Positions 1 to 13,689 of a stretch of DNA of 64,000 nt are shown here, in pieces. The DNA is taken from positions 13,516,001-13,580,000 of the forward strand of contig JAQFVV010000003.1 in the NCBI GenBank assembly GCA_028023455.1, read 5' to 3'. The notes beneath the pieces were generated by a model. It was not told the origin of the DNA, ran no database searches, and was given only the letters and a program-made list of their open reading frames with translations. The translations under genes were made by a program, and so were the position numbers. Position 1 is the stretch's first letter, and the number at the start of each line of letters is the position of its first letter. The stretch comes from Epiperipatus broadwayi. Taxonomy: Eukaryota > Animalia > Onychophora.

Positions 1-59
1 TATTAAAAAAAAGAAAAAGGGAAGGTTTCTTTCATTTGTTCTTTGGGGAGATTTCCATG

Positions 60-260
60 AGCAGAAAATTACTAAAGTCCTCACATGATATCTCTGACAC
101 AGGAATATATAAGTTTAAAAACAATGGGTGGATACAAATTTGGCAGGTCAGTCATTCAGGAGGGAATAAGTTTAAAACAACAAAAGGGAAAAAAAACAAT
201 AGGCAATTAATCAAGGAAAACACCGATGGAACGTCAACCATTCAGGGGGGGGGGATGAAG
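60..260 (-). mobile_element. Possible degraded apurinic-endonuclease (APE) fragment of a non-LTR retrotransposon
   Basis: Minus-strand translation gives ...FLNLYIPVSEISCEDF..., resembling the APE 'NxYAP' strand. Only this short motif supports the call; boundaries approximate. Confidence 0.3.
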
Positions 261-646
261 AAACCCAGACAATATAAGAGCTTGATTTGTCTTTAGCAAG
301 GTTGGTTGGTTGGCTTGCTCTCTCTTTTCTGGCTTTCTCATCATCGGTTATCCTGAGAAGCCTAGTTGTTGGGTTAAAGGAAAATTATTTTAAAAGAAAA
401 AAGAAATCGTTTGTTAATTTTCTGTTCTGTCTCCTGAATGATAAAACTTAGCCAAATTTAATAACATTTGTAGAAAAATGACATTTGAGTAAGTTTATAT
501 TAGGTGCACATCCCATTCTCTCCTGAAATTAATCAACTTCATGATTTGTCTTACATCTAAATATACCTAATTTATCAGGAATCGGCAAGTTATGAAACTT
601 AAACTACAAAGAGAAAATTGATTTTGATTTTGCAAATGGGGCAGAA

Positions 647-777
647 CTGAACACTACAATCTCATATGAAGCATCAACTCTGAACACTATAATCTCATAT
701 GAAGCATCAACTCTGAACACTATAATCTCATATGAAGCATCAAATCTGAATACTATAATCTCATATGAAGCATCAAA
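647..777. repeat. 33-bp tandem repeat, 4 copies
   Basis: Unit CTGAACACTATAATCTCATATGAAGCATCAACT starts at 647, 680, 713 and 746. No spacers. Confidence 0.95.
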
Positions 778-2399
778 CCAGTCATAAGTGAACTGAGAAG
801 TACATCAATAAGGGGACTTGTACATGTCAAAAATTAAAAGCAAGTTTTTTTCAGCTGTAAAAGTGTAGTTAATCCCCAGAACCCAAAATGGGAAAACTTT
901 GTTATATTTTGGCATAGGAATTGAATGTGTATAACAGTGACTTTTTCACATAAAGCAATGTATGCACACGAACAAACAAAAGAAGGAAAAAGGGGGAAAA
1001 TGGAAACCAGAGACCGAAAGGACAATCCGGGAGGACTGTTTAAGTATATTTTTATTATTTGTTATTCATTTCTAACATTTAATCTAAAAAAAAAAAAAAA
1101 AAGGAATTTTTTTTTTTAATCATATATATTTGTTTAAAGTTAATCTATGTTAAAATTATTATTATTATTTTTGGGGGGTAGATAAGTGAATATCAAATCA
1201 TTTTGTATGTGCCTGTATTAAATGCTTTACATATTTTTTTAAATTATTATGAAGAGAATGAGAGATATTGTTAAGTGAAATGTTTTTAGATCGAATCAGG
1301 TATTATTATCAAATACTTAGACTCATTGATATGTTTTATAACGGTTGTGTGAATGTTGGGCTAAAATATTATCATTATGATGTAAATGTGCAGAGAGATA
1401 GTTTTAAAAATTTAATACACATTTCTTATTACTATTATCGTAAAGTTAGATATAAGCTAATTAAGGCTTGAAAAAATTGTTGGCTAATGTTCTGGTGTAC
1501 TATTTCATGGGAGGAATGTAGATATGAAAGTTTTACTCATACGTGACGTTAGACTTGTATATACGTGGATGGACAAAGAGTCCCCACCAAGCTAGTGTTG
1601 TTTAGCTTGCTCACTAAAATATTTATTCCATATTTTATAAAGTATTTAAATACATTGGAAGAGTTTCCCACTTCGTTATTGTCTACACTGTAAGATGATT
1701 TTTTTTATTGATGGCCAGAGGTTAATAGGTATACCCAAGTCTCCCTGTATGACTAGCGATAAAATCCTAGCATACCTCAACCTTAGTAACAAGGTATTTT
1801 CTCTTATTTGGGTCACTGCCTACCTCATATTAATGTTGATATTCCTTACGGGTGTATGAATTACAGCTATTGCTAAGTATTATTTATAAATGTTGGTTAC
1901 AGGGTCAGGCAAACTCAATTTGATGTTGGGATGAGTGCAGATAGTGTGTGTGGGATTGGTATACTTGAACATTGTTTTGTTGATATAAATTTAATTCATC
2001 AATGGGAGTCAAGAATAATAATGTAAATGAATATTAAACTTAAGGGGTTAAATAAAACCGGAGAACATCATAAGGAATGCGTATATAAAATTATCCAGAA
2101 AATATATCTACAGCCAGCTGAGAGCTTTGCTGGAATGGTAAGATTATTAAATAAAAACATGAATATAGATTGAATGCATGTATGATGATGTTTAAGCTAA
2201 GTACAGATTTGTTGACATTTGAAAAGTAGCTAAAATTAACTTAATGAGAGAAGTCCCACCATACATAAAATATCTCCATTGTAAAGCATAGGGTGAAAGC
2301 ATATTAGATTAAAATAATTAATGGAAATAATTAAATTTTATTGTTGAGTTATCCTTAGAAATAAATCAGTAATTAAAAGCATTAAACACTGGGGGGGAG

Positions 2400-3900
2400 A
2401 AATTTAATGTTCGCTATGTCTTAGTTAAAAGTAAGAACAAAATATATATGAAGGTAACTATTATCTTTGCCTGTCTGTTATTAGTACTACTCCATGGCAA
2501 TCGTGATTCCCTAATAATCTAGACTTAATATTTATATTTTAAAACCTCTTAAAATTATCTGTTGATTTAGGGATTTTTTTTATTTATATCATATGGTTGT
2601 AGAACAGGGGAAAACTATGTGAACCATAGAATTAATGTACATATTATTTTATTGAGTTATAATTTGTTAATAAAATTTGTTATTTTTTTAAATAAAAATT
2701 TGCATATGTCTCAATATTTTGTGGGTTATTACAATCTAGAAGTCTCAAATCCAATCATACATCAGTACATTATTATTTATATTTGAAGCATTGTTTTGGT
2801 AAATCATATTAGGTAAAATTTATTTAAATGGTTAATTTTCTGAGCTTATGTAGCACGGCAATACTCAAGATTACCAATACTCTGGAAATAATTCAGTATA
2901 GTTGAAATATAGATTATGAATTGGGATGTTTGTTGGCTGATAGTGGATGCAGTGGGTGGGCCATAAAATTCTTTCCCCATCCATTGTATTCAAACCCTTC
3001 TCTAGATGCACTTCCTTATGATTTTACTTTAATTATGAAAGTGTTTATAATATGTTATTTCTAAAAGATTTAATGTAAGCTTAATTATTTGAGCTTTAAT
3101 GTAAGTGGACATTGGCTACCTTAAAGTCAGCCAAGATCAATCTTAGAGGTGATCATGAAAAGGGTGTTTATCACCAATAATCCATAGCAGCTTGTTCAAC
3201 ATCCAGACCTTTTGTTCTAAAACCCTGAGGAGAGATTATCATGGGAGATAAATGAGCTAGTACGATGGAAAATTTGAGAGTAAGAGATAGTAGTGCAATA
3301 GACCTATGAATGTGAGGATGATGGAGGGATGGATCAGGAGGATTGGGATGGACATAGAACTATTTGTAATCTGAAACAAAATTTTAATTGTGACTTTAAT
3401 GATAGTGAATGGGGAGTGTGCTGAGAATATAAATTGTAATGGGAGTTGAGCTTAAAATTTCTTCTCTTTAACAGCCACGAGTTTCCAAGAGTATTATTAT
3501 TTTTAATGCATTCTCAGTATTCTCTTAGTCTATTGATTACTTATTAACCCATTCATTAGATATCATTATTGGAATTTATTAATAATTTATTGAAATAAGG
3601 TTTAGCCTCAATATTTTCATTGAAGTTGCAATTTGGCATCCTGGCAAATATGATTATGGATGTTCTACCCCATCATCATCAATCCTGAGAGACTTTAGAG
3701 ATAATGTTAGCTGGGAATGGAGAAGCATCCATCGATCCATCCGACCAAAAAGGTTATAAATGGAGCACCATTTAGGGCTAAAAATACGCCATATACCTGA
3801 GGAGTCAGAATAGCCCCAAGTTCCATTTTGTAACAGATATTATATTGGTTACAAATTATAACAGCTATCATATTCATATTATTATGAAAAGGTTAGAATT
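2400..3900 (-). mobile_element. Degenerate LINE ORF2 (endonuclease C-terminus plus reverse transcriptase), I/Jockey/L1-type
   Basis: Minus translation: GIWRIFSP...RMDRW (~3800, APE 'DxWR..P...RID'), then RSIALLSLTLKF...IISPQGFRT...LILADFK (~3300-3120, RT 'RPIALLS/QxGFR/DFxxAF'). Many stops and frameshifts; boundaries approximate. Confidence 0.7.
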
Positions 3901-4251
3901 GGTGAGAAAAGGGTTAGAATATATAAAATAAACTTTATTAATTACAAATTATGTACAATGGGATTTTTTAAAAACTTTTTATATGACATTATAAAATAGT
4001 TATTTTGACTAGTTTCTGAAGGCAGATACAATGATTCAATTTTAAAGTATAATTTATACATTTTAAAATAATGAACAACTAAGAAAAATATTGTTTTGCC
4101 AAACTTTTCTCATAGTATAAGCATATAAATATATTTTATATCATTCTTACAGAACATTACATTTTGTGTTGTCAACTATTACAGAATAATGGGCAAGCTA
4201 CATGGTTCTAATATTGTGAATAATTACTATGACATTGTATGGATAAAAATT

Positions 4252-4458
4252 TTAGATATTTTTCTCAAGCAATTCTTTTAGATTATTAGCTCGTGGAATA
4301 CAGGGTCTTAAAAATGAGAAGTATGAACATGTTTCAAAAACATGTATCATATCTTCTGAATGACTATTACATAAGATACATGTGGGATCCAGATTTAATT
4401 TAAAATGGTTAATGAGGAAGGTTTTTGTAGGAATTGTGTTGAAAAATAAATCATGCAA
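4252..4458 (-). mobile_element. C-terminal CCHC zinc finger (zf-RVT-like) of a LINE
   Basis: ORF contains PTCILCNSHSEDMIHVFETC (Cx2C-x7-H-x4-C). It lies upstream of the 3900-2400 fragment on this strand, so it probably belongs to a separate copy. Confidence 0.65.
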
Positions 4459-6099
4459 AAGTGATTCTTATATACACTTACAGTTTCTATGAATTAATCT
4501 GCAATTTGAATATATATTTTTGCCTTGGTTATTTGATTACACATTTGGGTTTGTCCATCAGATGAGATTACAAAAAATAAATCATAAGGATTGTGGTAAA
4601 TATTCATTCTTTGTCTCTTTGCAACTACCAGAATTGCTGATTTTCTATATGATAGCATTATATGCAATTTAGTACAGTAATAAAGCGATGTATTCAAATG
4701 AGTTTGGTTAAATGAATGAAAGTTGTGCTCAACCACTTTAATAGTAGAACAATGATTGAGATATTTAGAAATATAAACAGCCTACCAAAAAATAAAGATG
4801 CTCTAACAGATACAGCTTGAGGAATAGTAAATATAGCATTCCAATTTTTTGAGGTTTAGATGATTTTTCATCATTACCTCATTTAATAGTTAAGAATTCT
4901 TAGCTACTCATTCACTGGCTAAAATTAAGTGATGTTAACAGGGTTGATATATGAAAAAAAAGTTGTAAGCTTGATTAAAATTGTAACTCTGTTTAAATTT
5001 TAACTTAAATCATAGGCTTACAGAAGAATGCATTATTGCTCTATTATGAAGCCAATTCCTAACAATTTATTTTATTAATATATACAGCAGATACATTTTA
5101 TTTAAGCATTAAACTATCATACTATATTATATTTGTAATTTTATTTTGAATGTATTCTAAAGATGAAAACCTATTATTTTATATTTTGGTTAAAAATAGT
5201 GCAATGCATGCATGTATCCAATAATGTCAAAGATTGACCAATATTCAACATCTAATGCACTACCTACATTATTAGAAAATGTACTTCATTAAAGTTTCTA
5301 TTCTCACAATAACATATTATATAAGTGAATGTTTGAAGAATATTTTTCAGGTATTTTCTTAAGAAATGTTTCTATTTTTTAACATGTTTATTTTCTTTTT
5401 AAAATACCCATTCCCCTGGAAAAAGCAACACTTCCCTTGCTTATCGTCCTTTATCATGATGTGGTTCTATCAAGTCATTAACGATTCCTAGTGATAATAA
5501 GGTTTTTTCAGAATAAGCTATCCTGTTTGGTTTATCAAACAGCAGTCTGTCCAACTCATTGCTGATCACCCTCTTCTATTTTCAAGCATTAAACATTTCT
5601 TTAAATAATTCAATAGCCTCTTGGCATGACCAATTACATAAATTTTAATCTGTTTGTGCTTTGAGAATTCAGACCTAATCTAATCAAGTAACTATTTGTT
5701 CATTTTTCTTGCTGCCCATAAAATTCTCAAAAAGTTTTTGCTTGCATCATTGTTCAAAAGCATTCATATTTTCCCTATCCTTTATTCAATTTTCACAACC
5801 ATAGAGTTACAGGAATTACTATAGTTTGAACAATTCTGATCTTCATTTTAAAAGATATGTTTCCTGTCTTTGTGCAAGATATTTGGAACTTCATTAACTT
5901 GATTTTACTAACATTTTATCAGAAATGTATTTATTATGAAGTCTGTTTCAAAGACATTTATTTTGCAAATTAAGTGAATTAAAAAAAAAACCTATGTATT
6001 TCACCTATTGCTTTTTATAGTTACCACTAAATACATTGTATTACACCATCTTTCTATTTTTTTTTCATCTTTAGTAGTTGGGTAGCAATATTTTTTGAG

Positions 6100-8250
6100 A
6101 TGATTACAAAAAAACAATCAGTGAAACATAAATGTTACACATATTGTGTTTACTTAAAACTTAACAATAGTTCTTAAATTTCTATAGCAAACATTTTTTT
6201 ATGAAAGGCTTCATCATTTTACCTAATTGTAGCTTTCCATTCCCTCATCACAACTTTTTAATGAAAGTAATCAAAATTGCCATTATTTATAGAGACTGTG
6301 AGATAGTATTTATAATGTAAATGGGTTTCACTTTCCCATAAAAGCCATGTTCAAGTTAAATATAAAATATTGTTTTGAAAATATTTTACTATTCATTCTT
6401 ATCTTCAATTCAATGAAAATGTTAATCCCTATATCACATACATTAAGCAGAATATAATTTTTACTAGTCTTATGATATTGAATAACATCTTTTAATGACA
6501 TGTTTCTAATATGTAACATCAGCAAGAGGTACAAGTCATATTTTCAAACAATAGATTAGATAAAATAATCTATATACAATTAATTTAATTATATCACCAT
6601 GCTGAAATAGTCAGCCTTTACAGCACCTTGGAATCTGTCTTGAATCTCAATATCTATTTTCCTATTTTAAAAAATGTAAAGATATACAAATTGACCAACA
6701 TTATTAAACTGATAAAAACAAATTGTTCAAAGTCTTAAAATAGGTTCTACTAAAATATTAAAACATTCTGTAGATCATCTCTCTTTTCGACTGGCAAAGA
6801 TAGCAGTCCGCTGATTAAAACTTATATCACATCTTTGTTTCTGATTCATGTAGTTCCAAAGATCATTATTATAAATATAGAAATCGAAATCAATGCACAT
6901 CCTTATTTAATACCTCTTTTTTCTTTTAAATGTCCCAGATTTTCCATCTGTAGTAATTAACACTTGTTATATCATCATAGTGCAGCTGTATAATATAAAT
7001 AAACTTTGCGGATAATCAACTAATTTCCAACATTGCCATAATTTAATCAATCACATTAATAAAACTATATATAAATCATTCCTTTATTCCCAATATTATT
7101 CTTGCATTTGCCTAACAGCAAAACTGTCTATAGTGCTTCTTAATGATCGAAAAACCGCAAAGAATTTCTGACATTTATAATTGGGAAGCAATCTATTCGA
7201 CAAAATTCTTGAAAGTATTTTTGATACAAAAAGGTAATAATTACTGAAGTTTTTTTCTACCTTCATTACTTTTTAAAAAATTGTAACAATAGGAACATCC
7301 TTAAGAACAAGCGACACAATTTCATGAGTCCATATATTCCCCCAAAATTCCAATCTTTTTGAATATATCACTACCATATTTATTTCTGGGCACTACGATC
7401 TACAGCATTTCCATTTTTCTAATTACAAAAAGCTATTTCAACTTAAGTTGGATATTTTTATTCAAATTTAAATGTATGGTTAGAATGGATATATAATTAA
7501 AAGCTGTCAACTCAATTCTTCTACCATTGTTCAAAAGGTGATCAGAATTCTTTCTCCCATTGTTTAAAATACCATATCATCATATGGGAGATCATTGATG
7601 GAATTAAAAGGATTATATAATTTTTTAACGGTGAATATATTATTTTCAGTGCATGGAAAAAAAAATCTAGTGTCTATGATCAACTGTCTGTATCTTATTT
7701 GCATTTTAATCCACCAATTGATAAATGAGAAGAGTTACCACATTCATTTTATTATTCTGCCAAACAGAAAACATTTCATTTTAATCAAGTCATCAATGAC
7801 AGATTCACTGTCAAAAAAAGTTAAGCATCTTATTTTTAGTAAATATAAGATCAGACTTACTTATATATATATATACTTCTTAAGAAAATTTCATGCTTCA
7901 GTAACATGATAACTCTGAAAATTTATGCCAGAGTAACATAATTCTGGAAATCAAAATTAGTAATTTTTAGTGTGATTTAGTACAGTTGTGAACTGATCAA
8001 CTCTTATGCTTAAGATTCATAGATTACAACTCCAGTCCTGTCACTTCCAGTGCTCAAACTTATGAACTCCTGAGCAATAGACCATTTGACTATTTTATTA
8101 ATATCTGTTGAAATTGAGCATGGATAGTAGATACTTCTAAAGACTAAACATCAAAGTTCTTATTGGACTTGGTTTTTTAATTCAATTATTTTATCCCTTA
8201 GAGCACACTAGACTGAACTATTCAACAATCCAAACTTTAAATGCCCATAT
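6100..8250 (-). mobile_element. Degenerate RTE-clade LINE (RT region and flanks)
   Basis: Minus translation with frameshifts: KDVPIVTIF..., SKILSRILSNRLLP, FRSLRSTIDSFAVRQMQE, a GIKxGC-like motif and a downstream I.W.D-like RTE motif. Boundaries approximate. Confidence 0.8.
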
Positions 8251-8669
8251 AATATAAACTTCTTTAACATTCTGATTCCTAACTATGATATATCCTAGTG
8301 ACTTACTGTAATTTTTCTGCCTAAATAAAATATTTTAACATTCTCTACGTGCTGTGCAAAAGTTCAATAATAGCAGATTCAAATGAGTTTACAGCACCAA
8401 TTTTAGTATTTCCAATAACTTCAGGCCACATTTACTGTCCTTCTCAATATATGCATTTAAGATTCTACATCGGAGGTGGCTAATCTTTATCATTTTTTAA
8501 GTTAAGATGTGTCATTCAAACTTATACCGCTTTCCAGCCCTTTTAAAATATGGTAATATGAATATATTTAATTTATGCATAAAATAATGTATTATATAGA
8601 TGGTAATATAAACTTTTAGCAATTTTAACTAAAAGGGTTTAACATAAAGACAACATAAATATTAATTAC

Positions 8670-10310
8670 TTTAATGAGTCTTTTGAAATTGCTTTTGCTA
8701 AGCATGGTAATATATGAAGTTAAATCTGTTACAGAAAGTGTCAAACAGTTTTTCAAATCTGAATCAGTCAGTCACAGCTGTAGTTTATCCATAATCATTT
8801 TCATGGATGAAAATGATTGCTCACATTTTTTCAGTTGTGGAAAATGTTTACAGAGCAACAATTGTCAGAAATTAATTATATTAGAAGCATCTGGGAGTGA
8901 TGGAAGTTCTTTAAATTTCATTTTCAATAAAGAATTGGTTTTGAGATCAATAAGTTCCATTTGTATGTTACTAGGTATCATCAAGATTTTTTGATCAGTA
9001 AGTGAAAAGGAAATTATAAATGCAAATATAATCTTTTTCTTTAGCAAAATCGCTAAAACTAATATTACAGACTCTTGCTATAATCAGAGTTTTTCAGTAT
9101 ATTTTGCAAAATTGTCATTACCTTTAATAGCTTCACTATATTTTTTAAATATGGAAATTGACTTAAATCCCCACTTTCTAATTGAGGAATGAACAGTTTC
9201 AATTTCATTTTGAATACACCAATGTCATTTACTAAGCTAGGAAAGAATTTGTTCTTGCCCTGCAATTTTAAATTTAGATTATTGCGGTGGTTGGTAACAC
9301 CAACTAAAAAAGCTAAATCAAATAGCCATTTCTCATTACATACATGCTTTTTCCTCATGCTGTTCATCCTTCTCTTTCAGAAAATTATGAACACTGTCTT
9401 TCAGTTTCCAAAATCTACTGAAAACCTGTCCTCTAGAAAGCCAGCTCACCTCACAATGAAGGATATCATCATATCGTATATTTAATAGTTCACAATATCT
9501 CTGAATTCTCTTCTTTAATCCTCTTGCTATTATTTTAGTCATATGCTTTATACCTGGTATTGTAACATGCTTCAAATTTAGTTTTTCTACACAGACTCTT
9601 CATGTATAACAGTGATATTTTAATAGATAATGATCTAAAAACTTATCAAATAAAGTTACAGTCCCACCGATGACATGACTTTAATGTCCAACCCTTTCAT
9701 TTTTCCATGAAGTGATTCAAGACCAATAAGATCTTCAAAGATGTTAAAGTTACCATCAATTCCTCTTATGAAAATGCTTAATTGGGCTACATCAGTGAAT
9801 CTGTTTAAGATTAAAGAAAAGAAAGAACAAGCATATGCTCAGTAATATCATGGTAAAAATTTTCTATGTGCCTTGTAACTATTTTTTATTTACTTTTCTT
9901 TCAATATTCTTCTCACCAAGACATTTTGCAAAATTTTTGAGACAGAGTTTAACAATTTTCTCTCCATCAGAGAAAGGCTTGTGTGTTTTAGCCAACACAA
10001 AGGCAATTTCCTAAGACACCTTCAGCATTTCAATACTTTCATATCTTTTTTTTTTTATCTCTTCCTTTTTCTTAACCACATATTCTTTCTGCAATTCAGA
10101 TCCAGGAACTAACTTCAGTTTTCCTTCTAATTCAGTATGATATTTCTTATAATGTCTGTTAAGATCATGTCTTCTATTGTCTGAGAGAGTACTTTCACAA
10201 ACAATGTGCAATGGTTTTCCTGAAGGACCCACAATAAATAAGAACTCAATTTTCCACAGTTCATTAAACTGGCATTTGCTATCACCTTCTCCTCATTTTC
10301 TTTTACAAAG
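8670..10310 (-). pseudogene. hAT-superfamily transposase pseudogene (SPIN/GTF2IRD2-like)
   Basis: Frameshifted ORF pieces: N-terminal BED-like FNELWKIEFLFIVGPSGKPLHIVCE...DLNRHYKKYH; ILHCEVSWLSRGQVFSRFWKL; WLFDLAFLVGVTNHRNNLNLKLQGK; C-terminal SNIQMELIDL. Complete TIRs not found. Confidence 0.9.
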
Positions 10311-13300
10311 TAATGGGTAAGTGATAGTAAAAAAAAAATAATTCAAAAAGTAAAGATTATTATTAAATAATTTATTTAAATTATTTTGTAATTTAAACAT
10401 TATGAACATTCAAAAACAGTTCTACAAGTTTAAAATAAGATACTTGTTTTCATGAAGACCTAATACAGTTCTATAAGTTTAAAAATCATATATATATATA
10501 TTTTCATAGAGAATTTTCGTCTCTCTCTCATAATATCTTATGTCTGATGAAATGCGAGATCGCTTCCTGCCATAAAACAATCGATCAGCTGGCAATCACA
10601 CTCACAATCTAAACATTCTCAATATGAAAGCATTGTTGAAGATCAGTTAAATTTTACGAATGCGCTAAAAGGTATTGTATAAAAACAACATAAAAAAAAA
10701 AACCACGCATACAAATACATTGAATAAATGCAGGTTTCAATAATCAGCAATTTAGGGGAGTGGGAAAGAACCTAACATATGCGTTCAAAATGAAAAGAAA
10801 TAATTAAAGAACTGTATTAAGCCTTCATGAAAACAATAATATCTTAAAGAACTATTAATAAGCACATATAAGTTTGAAAATTCTGAATTGTTCACACATC
10901 GAACATTATGACAGAGAGTCATGTCAGCATTCGTTGATACACGTTGCTTAAGATCAAACAAGTATAATAAGTGCGGGCCTTAGAATTCAGTAAGTTAATT
11001 GTATGTGTATATATATGTATAAATCGTATAAGAAAGTTTTTTAAAATTTTTCTCAGGAGTTCAGTGCACTTCTAATCATGCAATCATCATAGTTTGACCC
11101 TCCCTGCTTTCTTTCAATGGTATTGATGTAAGAAAACTAGCAAAAATTAAAAGCTTTCTTTCTCTGAACTCCTAAATGTAGCATTAACAACAATACACAC
11201 AGGTATCCCTGCACATGAGTTTTAAAATCGTTAACTTTTCATTTATTTCAAAAATACAAGATAATAAAGTAGATCTCACAATACAGCCAATACTATGCAA
11301 TCTTCTTTCACTTTCAAAAAACTTGTAACCATCTATCTATTTAATTAAAGTTGCTTCTTCACTAAGAGAAGTTATATTAATCTTAAATGTTCTTTATTTA
11401 GATCTTGAATTTACTTCACATATTCCATATATCTATATTTTAAAAAAACCCTTCAATACTATCATTATCACCTACACTACTATTACTACTGTTTTATTTA
11501 AACATTATTCCTATTGTTTTAAAGAGTGATTCTCCAGGCTCAGCGACATAGCCATAGTATATGAAAGACTATTTTTAGGCTATCATTAGTAAATTTCTTC
11601 ACTTCCTTGGTAGGGAAGATTGAGCTGAAACTTCTACCCTAAATCCAATTAGTGACTATACTACATCTTGAAAAAGATATCTAAAAAATCCTAGTTTATT
11701 AAACCTGTATCCATCATTGCTTTCTCAGGACTTATGCAAAATCAAAAAACACGAATGGAAATAGAATAAAAATGTGATTGCACAATCCTAATAGTCACAA
11801 TTAGTGTAAGTGGAATGACTGATGGTATGACACTTATGATGACTTGGTCTATACTAATTTAAATAACTGAAGAGAGAAAGAAGACTACACCTGGGTCTTG
11901 TTTTATGCGGATTATTTTAATGTGATTCATGTTTCTTCTTAATATCTTTCATATTTCACTATATTTATTAGATATCAAGAAATTTAAATTATTAATAACT
12001 TATTTTGACTTGAAATACTTTTTTTTTCTTTTCAAAAATATAATGTTATATTAGCAGCTAATGTGAATATGACCTGAAGCTGTATTGAGAATATTAGCTT
12101 CTATGTAAATAACCTACTTATACTAATGAGTAAATAATAATAATAGATTTATATTTACATATAAAAATATTGCAATAAATATTCAAAAAATTTAAACTTT
12201 TAAAACTATTTTGCTATATATTGAAAGTGAGTTTTATCCACCTGCCAATTTCACGTATTTTACCACCACACCTATCTATATGCCAGGTTTAAACCCTCTC
12301 AGAGTACTCATTTAAACAACCTCAAATTACTATATATGCAAAATTGTGTATATATATGCAAATGGTAAGTCTGTGATTTAATAGTATATGTATATATTAC
12401 ACATATATATTCATTTTGAAATATTTATAGTTTAAGAAATATTTTAGTTTAAATTATTTAACCAATTTTATTGTTATATTACTGAAATCGCATATGTATA
12501 TTTCCATTGTTGTTATTCTACATGTATAGTAATAAAATTAGTTTTATACTAATTATCAAAGCAACTTAGTTTTTTGTAAACTCTTAAAATTAGGCCATGC
12601 AATAGTCCTAAAATAGCGTGAACTTGATTTTATAAAACTAAAATGTTAATAACAATTTGCAGAATTTTATAGCTTTGTTGCAATAAACTGCAGGAGGGAA
12701 AAATAGAAAAACAAAATCTAAATTAGTTGTTGTCATGAAATACGTTTTTCTAAAATAAAGTAATGGGTTTTTCTATTAGTTTTAGCAATTAAATATATTT
12801 TTCTAAAATAAATGCAGACAAGCTTGTAAAAATAAACAGGTGGCCAGAGTTAGAAAAATATAAATACTTAAAAGTTTTGTTGCCAAGGATCAATCATATA
12901 TATAATAAGTGAATTGTAAACAGAACCCACATTTGTTTCACCTTCAAAATGACAGGTAAAGTAGGCAATCCCTCAACTCTCTCCTTGCTGGGTATGAAAA
13001 GAACTTTGGTCTGATAAAACATAATGCCATACACCAGCAAAGCAGCCTGTGGAAAAACCTCCATTAACTTTAAATCATCACCAAGTGTCAACTTATTATC
13101 CTCTCAAGTGCCTAGAACTGCAACGAAGACAACAGAATGGTAAATTTTTACTCAGAGCTCTGTTAATAAACTGTGACTTTAAATTCTTTATTTTAAAAGC
13201 TAGCTATTTATTAAACCTACCTTTCCAGATACATTTTCTAAAATCTGCAAAGAAAACTGTTAAATGCCGTTTAAATCTTGCCTGATTGTAAAACTTGTGA

Positions 13301-13689
13301 TGTTGAATTCTCTGTTAAAATGTAAAACTCTAACAATCTATTTTAAACTAAATGGATAATTTTCTGTGGTCTTTTATGCCTATTTCTAATCTATCCAATT
13401 TATTCTATAATTTTATCATTTTAATATTATACATATTTAATATGCCAAATAACTCGAAGCCGCGAGTATTTATAAGTATAATTTTAGCTTATCAATCTGC
13501 GAAGATAATTTCAAATCTTCGCTATAATAAATATTAAATAATTGAATTATTTTTCTCACTCGCTGTTTCGAGATCATGTTATTATTTTTACTGATTAATT
13601 TTTGGATATTAATATTATAGTAATCAGTCATTCTCTAGTTAAAATTGTAGTTTGCTTCACTCTAGTTATAAATTATAACTATTTATATA

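Noticed and set aside
647-777. 33-bp repeats as a CRISPR array
   Set aside because: Units are contiguous with no unique spacers, there are no cas genes, and the context is eukaryotic.
10543-10580. CTGATGA as a hammerhead core
   Set aside because: No GAAA after the short GCGA/TCGC stem.
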